A stretch of 64,000 bases of DNA, taken from Chrysomallon squamiferum. Lineage: Eukaryota; Animalia; Mollusca. The stretch covers positions 24,242,001 to 24,306,000 of the forward strand of contig CM022671.1 of assembly GCA_012295275.1 (NCBI GenBank), read 5' to 3'. Under the pieces are notes generated by a model. The model saw nothing but the letters and a program-made list of their open reading frames with translations, made no database searches and was not told the origin of the DNA. Positions 1-19,958 of the stretch are shown here, in pieces. Numbering within the stretch: the first letter of the stretch is position 1; each line of letters opens with the position of its first letter. Both the position numbers and the translations under genes were made by a program.

Positions 1-263
1 GACAATAATGAAACAAAATCTCTAGTGTTGGGAACCAAAATAGACACATTATGCGGAAAGAAGAAGAAGAAGAAGAAGAAGCAGTAGAAGACGAAGTAGT
101 AGTAGTAGTAGTAGAAGTAGTAAGGAAAAAAGAGGAGATGAAGGGAAGTGGGAAAAAATAATCCAACAAAAACCAAAAGGAGAAGGAAAAAAAGGACAAA
201 AGTAAGAGGAGAAGGAAAAATACATCAGAAAAGTAAAACGATAATAAAACAGTTTATACTGAC

Positions 264-7173
<6,910 letters not shown>

Positions 7174-8984
7174 GTTGCAAATAAAAATATTTGTACCGTA
7201 AATGTTTGAGTAAAAGCAGGAAAATATTTGTTAAAAGTTAAATAATAATAGTAACAAAAATAATAATAGTAATAGTAGTAGTAGTAGTAGCAGTAATAGT
7301 AATAGTAATATACATTTTAAAAACAAAAATGGAAAGAAAGACCAGATGGAGCAGAAATAAAAAATAAGATGAAGAAAAAAAAAATTCTAATAATAATCCA
7401 AGAGATATGAAGGTATAATGTTTATTTATTTATTTTGTTTCTTTGTAATGAAAACCATATTGTTCTGACGATTATATCTACGGCCGTGATTGGAGGTGTA
7501 CATCTTTTCAGAATTCATAGAAAATGTTCTACAAAAAGCGCTAACTTACGTTTAATATAAATAAATATAATAGACTGCTTATTTATATAAACCATTTTTA
7601 TTTATATACTTATTTATTATTATTTTATTTTATTTTATTTTATTTTATTTAAATTAGAAAACGAAATAATATGTTCTAAATCATTATTTTGTCGCACCAT
7701 TTATAAATCTAGAATATTTATTTAGTTTGAATCTAATATAAAAATTTGGATCTAACTTAAAAAGTCTTTAAAAATTCAATAAACTTAGGTCATAAAAATA
7801 ATATTTTTAAAATAAAAGTACATTTTCACAATGACTTTTAAACATCACGGGATAAACCACAGAGTACTGTTTTATCTTTTTATTTATTTATTTTTTTTTT
7901 TCTCTGGTGTTTTTACATTACATGTTATCCAACTGTTTTGATTAATGGCCACGTGTCTGACGTATGTGCCGTCGTGGGACAGACGTCAGTAACAAACCGC
8001 TTTGCCCGAGGCGCTGTTGTTTCTGACGAGTCATGGTGATATTTACCTTTTTTAAGCCCTATTCCCAAATTAGTTGACCGCAAAAAGACCTCCAGAGTCA
8101 TAATCAGATTGTTTTGGCTTAGAAAATTATTGCTTTCTGTCGGATGTGAAGTTACTTTGAACTCTGAGCACTCTTCAGGAATTTGGGTCGTCTGCTCGTG
8201 TTTTCCATTTTCTCTTTATGTCTTTCTCTCTTTGTTCTTCTTTCTTTTTCTTTTTTTTTTTTTAATTTCGTTTTTGTCGCCCTCCTGTTGTTCGTTTTAC
8301 AGTTAATGATTTTGTTTTGTTTTTCAGCCGACGCTATTTTGCTAATAATAAACTGTGTAGATTACATAACAAGCCATTTTAGTGTATGTTAGGAGGATTC
8401 GAGAATATTGTAGTTATTTACTCAGTTTATGTAAAAATTCCTCTGCAAAACCCTTTATTAATCTTTGAGGGGGAAATATTGATAAATAATTAAATAAATA
8501 TTTAAATAAAAAAACAAAACAAAGAAAGAACAACAACAACTACAAAAATAAATAAATAAATAAATAATAATAATAATGATGAATAAATAAATAAATAAAA
8601 TTAACGACAAACAAAACAAACAAAGCAATAAATATGCAAATAAATAAATAATTCTCGACTTCTACTACAGTAAATATGGCACATACTAACAGAATGAAAT
8701 ATGTGTGAAACAACAGATGCGTTTCTGTAACTTTCTAGTTTATCTTGTTTGTCTTAATAGGTATTCCAAAGCGTCAGTATTTATCGTCCACCACGCTGTT
8801 TTGACCTATTTTTACTGACCTCTGAATTCTTAATTTATTATCTGTTTCAGGGCCTGTCTCCATTAAAAACAGCATGAATGGAAAATTTTATCTTTCTGTT
8901 TATTGGATGAATGTTAGGTCGTATTTTGAAATACGTATCTCAGTCGGAAATGCGAAGGTGTAGTCGCTATAGGAGCCGGTCGCG

Positions 8985-9240
8985 CCAAGGTTATCTTGAT
9001 GGCCGAGTGGTATTGTAATCCGCTTACTGAGTGCGGGCGAATGGGTGCTATATGTTTGAGTTTCGTCGGCGACATCTGATATTTTGTTAGGGCGTCACTG
9101 GACTTCGTCCTCCTGTGCCCGAATATTGTCTGTGTGCAGAGTCTAATCAGAGCGAATCGCGAACATCGATCATATAGTAATTTTTGTCCTTACTGGATTA
9201 ACCGAAGAAAACTGCAAGTTGTCAGAAGAAAAAATTCGAA
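8985..9240 (+). mobile_element. Possible degenerate tRNA-derived SINE
   Basis: GC-rich island with an A-box-like TGGCCGAGTGG (~9000) and a degenerate B-box-like GTTTGAGTTTC (~9054); no intact cloverleaf. Boundaries approximate. Confidence 0.35.
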
Positions 9241-9823
9241 CACCCTAAAAATTAGTATCTCGCATTTTATCATCTAGGCTGTTTCACTCAGAATAATTTG
9301 GTATTACAAGTAGAAGTTAAGTTATGAATTTTCAAAGATTTTATTATTATTTTTCTTTTTATCTAGCAAATCAGTTGTTTATCAACCATGGCTTCAGATA
9401 TCAATGTAAATGTATTTTGCAGAGGAATGCGTGTATGTATGTATGCATGCAGGTATGTATATGTAGGTATGTTTAATGTGTAAAAAATATATACTATATA
9501 TGGTTAAGCGTTTTTAAAGTTTGGTAGAGATTACAAAGAAGAGCCGTAGCTTGATGAATCGTGAGATCGAATCTTCGCAGTGCTCTCGCTGGCTTATTTC
9601 CCATGAAATACTCTTCTTGTTTGTTTTTGTTATTGTTTTTGTTTTTTTGTTTTTTAAATCAACACTGTGTTTAAACGACCAAATATCATGCATGTGAATA
9701 TTTCATTTACAATTTTATTTAAAATAATAAGAATAATAATAAGAGTAGTAGTAGTAGTAGTAACTATAATAATAATAATAAGCTCATTTCTGTTGTGGTT
9801 GTGTTGTTTAACTGGTATATGTG

Positions 9824-10835
9824 TTAGTTAAAGTTACAAGTGTTTGCATTGACCGAGTCAGGAACGTTCCACATCTTGACGTTGTCAAAGTAAGCCGTTC
9901 CGCTGGCGAAGTTTCGGAACATGAGATAACATCTTGCCGTCTTAATACCCTGTAACAAGACGAGACGTATATCAGTGTTTGTATACTGTAAACAACCATA
10001 GGTAGCATGCCTTCTGGATATGTCTTTATTCCGTTAATACTGATGTGAGCTGTACGGTGTCATAAAGAACACGCGAACGAACTGACGCACCTGTAACACG
10101 TAAACACATACCAACGAACATTCATAAATACACAATACACACAGACACACACACACACACAGACACACAGACACACACACAGACACACAGACACACACAC
10201 ACACACACATACATACATACATACACATATATATATGTGCATGCAGACACAAATATGCATACACATATACATATCTATATAATATTAGCTGTATATATTC
10301 AGACTCTGTTTCAATAGTTCATATTTATAAAACGGATTAAACAATTTACCTCGCTTATCTGTACATCAAGAGTTGCTTTGTTCCACTGTGAATTCCCTTG
10401 TTGGAATGGTGCATTTTCCCCCCAGACATTAGTTGTATCTGGTTTCTGAAAAAGTGTATGTAATAGAAAAACTAGTTAGGCAAATACAGCGAATTATTAT
10501 ATAAAGTATGATATTTCAAAAACGGTTGTTTAATGTAGTACTTTTCTTTTAAAATCTTGTAATGGTAATTCTATCCACATTATCTGTCTGCCTATTTGTC
10601 GCTCTGTCTGTCTGTCTGTCTGTCTGTCTCTATATATTATTTGCAGATTTTGAAAAATGAGTGAGTATTGGTAATATGTGTGTGTATATACACAGATAGA
10701 TAGATATAGAGAGATAGATGGACGGATGGATGGATAGATATACTGAAAGATAGATACATAATCAGATATATATACATACATATATACAGAGAGATAAACA
10801 TCTATACACATAAATATATAGATAGATAAAGAGAC

Positions 10836-10882
<47 letters not shown>

Positions 10883-11829
10883 TAAACTTACCTGAATATC
10901 GCAGTAAATGCTATAATCCTCTGCAGAACCTGTAGCGGATCCAACCATTTTGCTGTAGCCAGTCATAACGAAGTGTTTTATTCTGTTTAAAATACATACA
11001 AATATTTTTAATGCTTCTGAGTGTCTTTCAGATGTTTTATAAATTTTGTTTATTTATCAAGCACGTTAGATTCCTTCAGATTCCTTCCACCATTACTCGG
11101 TAAAACAAAAACAAATTTAAAACAGTTTTGTTTTACTGGTTAGAAAAGAATAAAGTTCATTGACATGCCAATCCTAGTTGCAGTCTTACATGTTCATCAC
11201 ATCGCATCAATCAGGTTACATCAACAATAATAATAATCGAACTAGGACCCGACGTTTTATGACATTTAGGGTCAGAATAAAATACTGGTATGAAGTAAAA
11301 CAATAAACTCACGGTGGATCGAACTCAAAAACATGTAAAGCACCGCCGTTAGTGATACTAATGGAAACGCTGCCATCTTGCGCGTCTGACGTCACGTAAG
11401 TAAAACCTTCTTTGTACTGCGACCACGCCGTGCCGTCTTGGTTCTCAAAAGATGCGTCAGGGACGTTGATCTCCTCGCATGTAGTCGGAGGGTTAGCAGC
11501 TGGACAATAACAATAATAATAATAATAATGATGATGAAAATAATAATTGTTTCCGCCATTTTGCAATAGTAAAATACTCCAAGATTAATTTATTTTTAAA
11601 ATGTTAAACGTAACAAAGGAAAATATATATGTAATTAATGATAAATATTAAGTTCACTCAGTAATATAATCATGGATCACAATGGAAACTAATTATTCTG
11701 TCCGCCATTAGAAAATACTGAGGCTGTTTTTGCTGAAGATGAAAAATCTTACACGACTTAGGAGTTGGAGGTGTCCACGATGCCATTTTTGGACACTTGC
11801 TTGATTTTGAAGCAGTACCCGAAACCTGT

Positions 11830-11863
<34 letters not shown>

Positions 11864-13199
11864 AATTTGCTACGTAGGTAGACTGGTAGAGAGAAAAAAT
11901 AGACAGGTAGGTCGAAAGGTAACTGACAGATAGATATTTACACTCAGATGGTTATCCATACAAGAGATTTAATTATGATATGTTTTCTGTCTGCATAACA
12001 ATAAAAACATATTTACCTGAAGAGTAGTTTTCAGTGAGTTCAAGCCGGTGGTGTATTCAGGAACATCGTCGTTGGCCAGAAGAATGTAGTAGTTTGCATA
12101 CTGTTTTGTTAGTTCATCGTAGATTACCAAATATATCTAAAGGAAACATTTTAAATTAATATATATAGATGCACTTACAGAGTTTCATATGTCACCATCG
12201 CTACCACGAAATAAATTTTTATTTTTCATCATTCGAATAAACTAGAATCTGCGTTAAGACTTGTAGTAAATAAATAAATAAATAAATAAATAAGCCTGAA
12301 CCTAACAAATTAATATGCATATTTTCACATGTAAAGAATTCTTGTCTTTAAAATAATGTCAAATCATGATAACAATTAATAAATCAATCATATGTATAAT
12401 GCTTAATAATGTTGTTGTTTATAGCACAAACGTAAAAACAAATCAATGACTAATGTTAACTAACGTCGTATGTTCCAGTAGGCACAACAGAGTCAATATT
12501 TAGGGTCCCAGTCAGGGTCTGGTCACACCCAGGCAGCCAAGATCTGACATCAACATCGGGAAGGTTTGCAGCGAAGTACTGGTTGCTGTGAAGTAGATAT
12601 ATATACATGTCTCATCTCATAGGTTTAAGATTCAAAATTTTATGTATATATGCAGTTACTAGCATTCAAGTCTTCAGATGAATGCAAATGTTAGTTCGGT
12701 CTAAATATTATATTTTATTTATTATTTACTACAAATACCACTACTACTACTACTGCTAATTTACTACAACTATTATCATCATCATCATCATTATTATTAT
12801 TATTATTATTTCACATATGTACATGTATTAGTAACTTAATTATAACGGTACAGAAAAAAGTCCTGTTTTACCCTGACTGTGATTTGAGCACAAGAGCAAT
12901 CTTCCAGTCTTTGTATGGTGCCGCGAAACCAGTGTTTTCCAAAACAATCTGGTAACAAAGATCAGACCCAGACTGGACAACATTCGGCAGTATAACCTGC
13001 AACATGAATATCATGTGATTTTATAAGAATCTTTATAATGTGTGTATATATATGTACATAATTAATAAATTATGTGTATGTACGTATCTATGTATGTATG
13101 TATGTATGTATGTATGTATGTATGTATGTATGTATGTATGTATGTATGTATGCATGCATGTATGGTTGTATGTATGTATGTATGTGTGTGTGTATGTAT

Positions 13200-13243
<44 letters not shown>

Positions 13244-15517
13244 GATGTGTGTGTGTGTGTGTGTCTGTCTTTATGTACTTATGTTTTGGGTTGTTTGACT
13301 ATTTATTTATTTATCTCTTTGATTGAATGGGTATAATGTGCGGATTTCGAAATGGCTTTTTCTTCTTTCTTTTTCGTTCTTTCTTTTTATTTATTTATTT
13401 ATTTATTTATTTATATATTATTTTTGGACGGATAATTTATTTATAATCAAAGTCATTTATTTATAAACATAGATAAAGTTCCGCTGTTTTGTTTTTTTAG
13501 ACATTCTTGATCTGTATATGTTTGGCTCTTTATTATGGTTAAACACTTAAATATACGTAGATCTCCTGCAACAGCCTTTTGGTTTTTTTTTTTTTGGGGA
13601 GTTTTTTTTTTTTTTTTTTTTTTTTTGTGACACACTGCTTATTTGTGACATACTGTTCACTATTCACTTCAGTAAATTTTACCTTTTTCAGTGAAAGTCT
13701 GTAACCAAGGCGCTTGTGGATTTCTTGGAAACATCCCTGACTCTTCCAGTCATTAATTACATCAGGGTGATAGTCATCGTGCAGAAGTGACCAATGAAAC
13801 TGAGCCAGTTCCTTAAGGGCTGTTGGACAATCGCTCCGGTTTGTTCGTTGATTGCTAATGGAATACATGTTTAAAATTTGTCTCTTGACATTATGAACGT
13901 GAAAGAGAGATATAATTATGTACTATTTTCCTAACATTATTTTTTACAAGTGCCAAAATATTATTCAGTAAAGATTAATTGTTTGCAGTCACCTGATAGG
14001 TTAGATTAATTATTGAAATGGTAATCGGGTAGTTGAGATTTCTAATTCAGAAAATGTATATAATTTGGAAGATAAGTGTCTGTAATAGGGAAAGTAAAAA
14101 TATGCAGCTGATAATGTAGGTGTCTACATTAGGGGAAAGTAGGTGTTTGTTATAGGGAACCTAAGCATCTAAAATAGAGAAGGTAAATATTTGTAATCGT
14201 AATCGTAAGTGTTTGTGACAGAGACGCCATGTTTGTTATGCGAAAGTAAATGCCTGTGGTCTGGAAGACTGGTACTGACTGGTATTAATTGATTTGTTAA
14301 ATTCAAAGCATTCTCACTTTGCATCAACGCTTTGTGCGCAGGTTTCTCCACTCATAGCTAAATATCGTGTGTCTTGAGCCAGATACGGTTTTTCCACTGC
14401 GATGTCGTCGTAAGTTCCGACATCATCGTCACTGGCCAAGAAACAGTCATTGTGATGTCCTAAGTTAAAAAAAAAAAAAAAAATGATAATTATATCTTGT
14501 AATATAAAAGTAAAATCATTTGGGAGTATGAATTATTTTTGTCTGAAAATATAAGAAGAACTAAGAATTATAATTTTATTGATCGAACGAAATATTTGTT
14601 TTCATAATTTTTTTAATTTATGAAATGAAAATTGTTATAAATGGAATGCTACATAAAATGATAACATGTAAAATTCATGGTAGTAATTATTTTCATTATA
14701 GTGAATCTTTTCAGAGCGAAAATTGTAATGACATTGCTTAAAAAGGTGTGTGTAGTGCGTGTATCTGTAGGGCGTGTGCGTGTGTATCTGTGTGTGTTGT
14801 ACCTGCTCGTCCAACACAGGTGTTCTGGTGAGCGTCTGACAGTGTGGCTGGCGTTGTCGTGTTACAGATGTGCATCTTGTAACGAGGAGTCCGTAACTGA
14901 ATGGGTCTGTTTAATAAGAACAACAACAACAACAACAAAAACAATAATAATAATAACAAAAATAATAATAATAATAATAAGAGCAATAATAATGATAAAT
15001 AACAAACACAACCAATCAATAAGTAAATTAAATACGTTTTCTCAAACGTGCAATTCTATAAATTTATTTGAATTTACTTCACTCATACATATTAAGATAT
15101 ACAATGATTAAACGACCGTACTGTTGATATAAAAGGTTATTATTATGGCCTACATTCAGTGATATATATTATTCTCATAGAAATGTTTCAGCCTGCTTAT
15201 TAGGAAATATTATTAAAACATTACGCTCACATGGAGAGTGGCGAGTTGTTGATGAGGGCCTTTACGATTTCTTTTCTGTCATCCCAGTTGGCATCAGTGA
15301 GAGGTCCATCAGTCGGATCACCGAAATAAGTCGTGTAATACCATTCACCTTCAAATGTTACGTGTAAAAATATATAGTTTATGTTTAACTACCGATATCT
15401 CCAGACCTCCTTATTTCTCTCAGCTACATCTCTTTCTTTGTTTCTCTCTGATTTTTCTCTTTCTATACCTTTTTTGTGTTATTTACACATCAGTTCATGC
15501 ACACATATACTCGCAAA

Positions 15518-15556
<39 letters not shown>

Positions 15557-16972
15557 AGACAAACAAGAAATAAAAAATAAGCATCTGCGATTTCTTTACT
15601 TAACCATTGAAATTGTTTTTTCTATGATCTAAATTAATTAATGAACATTATCGAGCAGAGTATCTTTACCCCAAATTCCAATAAAGCCGGCTTGGATGAC
15701 TGAGATTAAACCTTCAAATTCGTGAAATATTGGATTCAGCTGAGCAATGTGCTGCAGCATTATAGCCTTCGTTGCGTCGCCATACGGTGCCTGGTCTTTC
15801 TGCAATAGTTGAACAGTGAACAGTGACACTGTGAAGAATCTATAGTGACCATGAAACCTGTATAGTTACTTTATGAAAATGTATAGCCAGTAGCTAAACA
15901 GTACAGTGATTCTAGGAAAACTGCATAATGCCTTTATGGAGACAATGAAAACTGTATAGTGACACTGAAAACCGTATAGTAACTATAAAAAAATAGTATA
16001 GTGTCTTTACGAACATAGTATTGTGATTATGAAAACAGCATAGTACTTTATGAAAATAGAATAGTGACTATGAAAACTATAAAAAGAAACTATATAGTGA
16101 CTACAAAAATAGTATAGTGAGTATAAAAGCAGTAAACTGATTTTATGAAAACTATAAAGTATAGTCATTCTAAGAAAACGTTCTCACTGTTGTAAGCTGA
16201 TTTGTTAAAATATTGTAGTGAACGTATTACTACTGCTGCTGCTACTACTACTACTGCTGCTACTAATACTATTACTACTACAACTACTTACAGCAACATT
16301 GGTGTAATGGAAACGTAAGGCTGCCGTAAAGCCGGCGTCTCTGATGACCCTCATGTCGTTGCGAATCTTTTCTAGGAAGTCTTCAGAGATGGACGAATCA
16401 ACAAACGAATCCAGTATGTAAATACGTAGAACATTGCTGAGACCATCGCTTGTCCGCAGCGAATCAAGACCTCCTACCTAAAGATCAGGTTTATTTAAAT
16501 TAATATTTTAAAATTAACTATTGCAACAGTATCCAAGCATTTAACACAACGAACAGCCAAACAAACATACACGGATCCAGGATGTCAAAACAACAACGGA
16601 CCTTTATCTTTGAGGATGGCATTAGATGAATTGTATTGATTTCTTGCAATAGTAATACCAAAAAAAGATTTAAAATACAAATTTAATGCACCTAAGAAAA
16701 TAAATATGAAATATAAATTACTTGAGGAATTGTTTTTATCGTTATTAAGTAAAGAATACACACTGTTAGAGGGTTAAAGCTGCTGGCTTTGGCTTCCAAC
16801 ATTCGGAAAAACCCTCGGCCTGGGTTTTCCAGTATTTCTTCAGACTTTGTGTACTGCACCGAGTTAAATCTGAATATAATATATATACAACATATAGAAA
16901 TACATATATATATATATATATATACATACATACACATATGCATTTACACATACATATACTGGCATAAATATT

Positions 16973-17003
<31 letters not shown>

Positions 17004-17706
17004 GGAAGGTATGAACACATGCGTGTGAGTGTATCATGTCGCTGTTGGATGAATAAATTGAAGCTTGGATAAATAGACTGATGGATGGACGGAAGGAAGA
17101 ACAGGAGGATGGATGCAGAGAAATAGAGACAAAAAGGTAAAAGACACATAAGAAATATTTGACCAAACTGTAATTTTTAATAAATTTTAAAAAGAATTGT
17201 GATTGTGCTTCGTGTTTAATAATCTCATTAATTCTGGAAAGGTTGCTTATTTTTTTTTTTTTATTATGTTTAAGATAATTAATTATCTTGTAGACACTAT
17301 CAAATGATAGTACAATTTACTTTATTGACAAATATACATAAATTAATTACCCATCTGGGACGCTCGCTATACCACTGCAGACGATATACTGCTCACCTGT
17401 AAATGGAATAGTTTACTTTCACTGAACAAACAAGCGATAAAAATCTTACATCGTCTGTTTTGTGTTTAAATCTCATTTCCATATAATCTTTAATAACCTT
17501 TGAACCAAATAAGGTCAGTATTGTAGTTAATAAGTCTTTCGTAAAGATCTTCCGGCTGATAAAATTGTTATTAGGAATGTTATCAAAAACATGACCTTAG
17601 GTAAATAATAAAAAATGTTTACAGTGTCGAAGTACATTTAAGCTTGATGACTCACTGGCCAGTAAAAAGTACACAAATGAAATGATCACCGAGAAATCTG
17701 TTCCAT
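9824..17706 (-). CDS. DUF4874/DUF4832-domain putative glycoside hydrolase, copy B, with Pro/Thr linker and C-terminal CBM_4_9-like beta-sandwich
   Basis: Exons approx 17697-17656(?), 17396-17351, 16869-16764, 16477-16292, 15799-15670, 15348-15231, 14906-14803, 14459-14318, 13854-13683, 12996-12872, 12585-12465, 12136-12017, 11825-11761, 11498-11313, 10982-10892, 10445-10350, 9949-9824. Same motifs and intron positions as copy A (WGEWYY, GHHNDCFLASDDDVGTY, SGETC, KRLGYRL). Then WTPPTP/NPPTT linker, DASFENQDGTAW...QWNK...GTAYFDNV and TAA at 9824. Start codon not resolved. Confidence 0.85.
15820..16175. repeat. Degenerate ~20-22 bp minisatellite (GAAAACTGTATAGTGACTAT-like), intronic
   Basis: Recurring TATAGTGAC..TGAAAAC units with substitutions and indels. 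Confidence 0.75.
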
Positions 17707-18814
17707 GTTAATATAACCAACAATACTAGTGTCCTCTATTTGATTCGTAAGATGGTGGTAGCAAAACTGTACCTTAGTCTATTTAACTGGGCAGTGTATA
17801 AGCTGTCAGATTCATACCAGTTGTAATTAAGAGATATTATAGTTTTCTATATTTAACTGGAACAGTCTTAATCATAGTTTATTATCTTTAAACATTTCAA
17901 CTTATGGGAACACATTTCAATTTATGAAAGAAGAACAATTAAATATTATAAGTATGTATGTACACTACATTAAAAAAAAAAAAAAAGAGAAGAAAACGAC
18001 CCATTTCTTATCTATGTAGAATACTGTAAGACCATTTGAATCATATCAATAACATTGGCCTAAGATGGTAAGAGAATCATAATATCATACCGCTAATTTG
18101 GACAATTTAAGAACATCAATAAAATACATCTGCTATCAAGATGCAGAGAAATTTAAAAATGAAGAATAAATAAATGATTGTAAAAACAAATTTATTTAAA
18201 AACAGTTCAGTATATATACAGTTAAATATATGCATTTATATTGTTAAATTTTTATTTTTATTATTTTTTTTTTTATCTAGGCATGTATATATATAAACAA
18301 TGGGCCTACATAATGTAAATATGAATTACAAACAATATATATACGTCACTAAACCAGCCATTTGCCAGATAATACAAACTATTGAAATGTATTGCCATTA
18401 CTGAAACAAGGAAAAGTAAAGGAAAATTAACATTAGATTCAAGATATATTTGGTGCTTCGGTGTTATTTGGGTTTTGTTTTCTCGCTGTTGTTTTTACAC
18501 GCTGCATTTCTAGTTATTAAAAATTGAAATGATTATAAAAACAAACTAACATAAACTGCTGGAAGTGTATTGTCCATACAGAGTGATACGATTCTAAACC
18601 AAAATCGTCGCTATATTAGTCAGTAGCTTCAAAGCTTCAAACGCAGCGCACGGTACTCGATACTTTTCGGAAAAATGACGACAGTTTCTTTTTAACGTCT
18701 ACCGGAATTTAAAAAACAAAAACAAAAAACAAAATGGTCGCTGTTTCAATCGCGCTCAGGTTCTTTTAAATGTTAAAAAATATGGCCTCAAGATGCAACA
18801 AAATTGCCAATTGG

Positions 18815-19925
18815 TTATCCATGATATTTGTTGAATCTCCATGCATGAGGTACATTCGATATTCCGTTTGTGAATTCCTTGTAGATCCGTGCATGATGAT
18901 TGTCAAAGGTTTGTCGTATAACAATGGCGCCCCACACACTCATAACTGTTACTTTATTCTTGATTCTCAGTTTGTGTTCTAAAATGATAACAGTAATAAC
19001 TTATTAATTAAATCATTTTTTGACAGAAAGTGATGTAATAATGATAAATCTAAAAAGCTGGCACTTATAATACTTCATAATACAATTACAATAAAAGTGA
19101 TTTATTATTAAACAGCAGCAACATCATCATTATCATGGCGACATATTTACCATGTATCATGTGCGCTAATTATATAAAAATATCACTTGATTTGATTGCT
19201 ATGAATATTAGTAAAATCAAAATATCAAACGCTATTCTCTTAATATTGAATACAGTATGAATCTAATAGCAAAACTGTTAAAGACTGTTCCGAAATAATA
19301 ATAATACAAAAAATAATAATAAATGACCCGCTTACCATTACTAAATAAAATATTTATCAATCTATTTACCTGACGGCATTGACTGTGAATTAATTATGGC
19401 CGACATACGACACGCACGTGACAGAAAATGGCTTCGTCGGTTGAAAGCGGCTCTCTCGTAATCCGCCACGGTTGACGCAGAAGTCACAAAATGCCGAGGG
19501 CTGGACGATACAGTGACTGTTTTTCTCTGAAAAAAAAGTAAAATTTTATGTCAGATAACCTTAAAGCACCAAAAACTAACAGATTAAAAGTGCGTATAAC
19601 TCTATACCTTTAATAAAATAATTTTTTTACATTTTATTTCGAATTTAATTTTTATTTCAAATTTTATTTTTTTTTTGGACGTCATTCTTGTTTTCTCTTT
19701 GAATAAATTTCAACTCGCTCCCAGTACTGTGAAAATAAATGCTACACTTGCATTTCTTGAAACAATTTCTTTAACTGTCTCTTTGAAATCTGTTCTGACG
19801 GGGACAATGTAGCACGTGCTCTGAGCTCGACGAACATGGCTTCCTCCAAAACGCTTGTGATGTCCTTTAAACTTGTTTCTGATTTTTATTGCAACAAGAC
19901 CCTGAAAAAACAAATTAAATTAAAT

Positions 19926-19958
<33 letters not shown>

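Noticed and set aside
8990-9075. Functional tRNA gene
   Set aside because: A-box-like motif present, but the B-box is degenerate and acceptor/T stems do not pair convincingly; kept only as a possible SINE head.
9960-10090. Extra exon VRQFVRVFFMTPYSSHQY* in DUF copy B
   Set aside because: It has an acceptor but stops early; the acceptor at 9950 gives the motif-complete CBM-like end.
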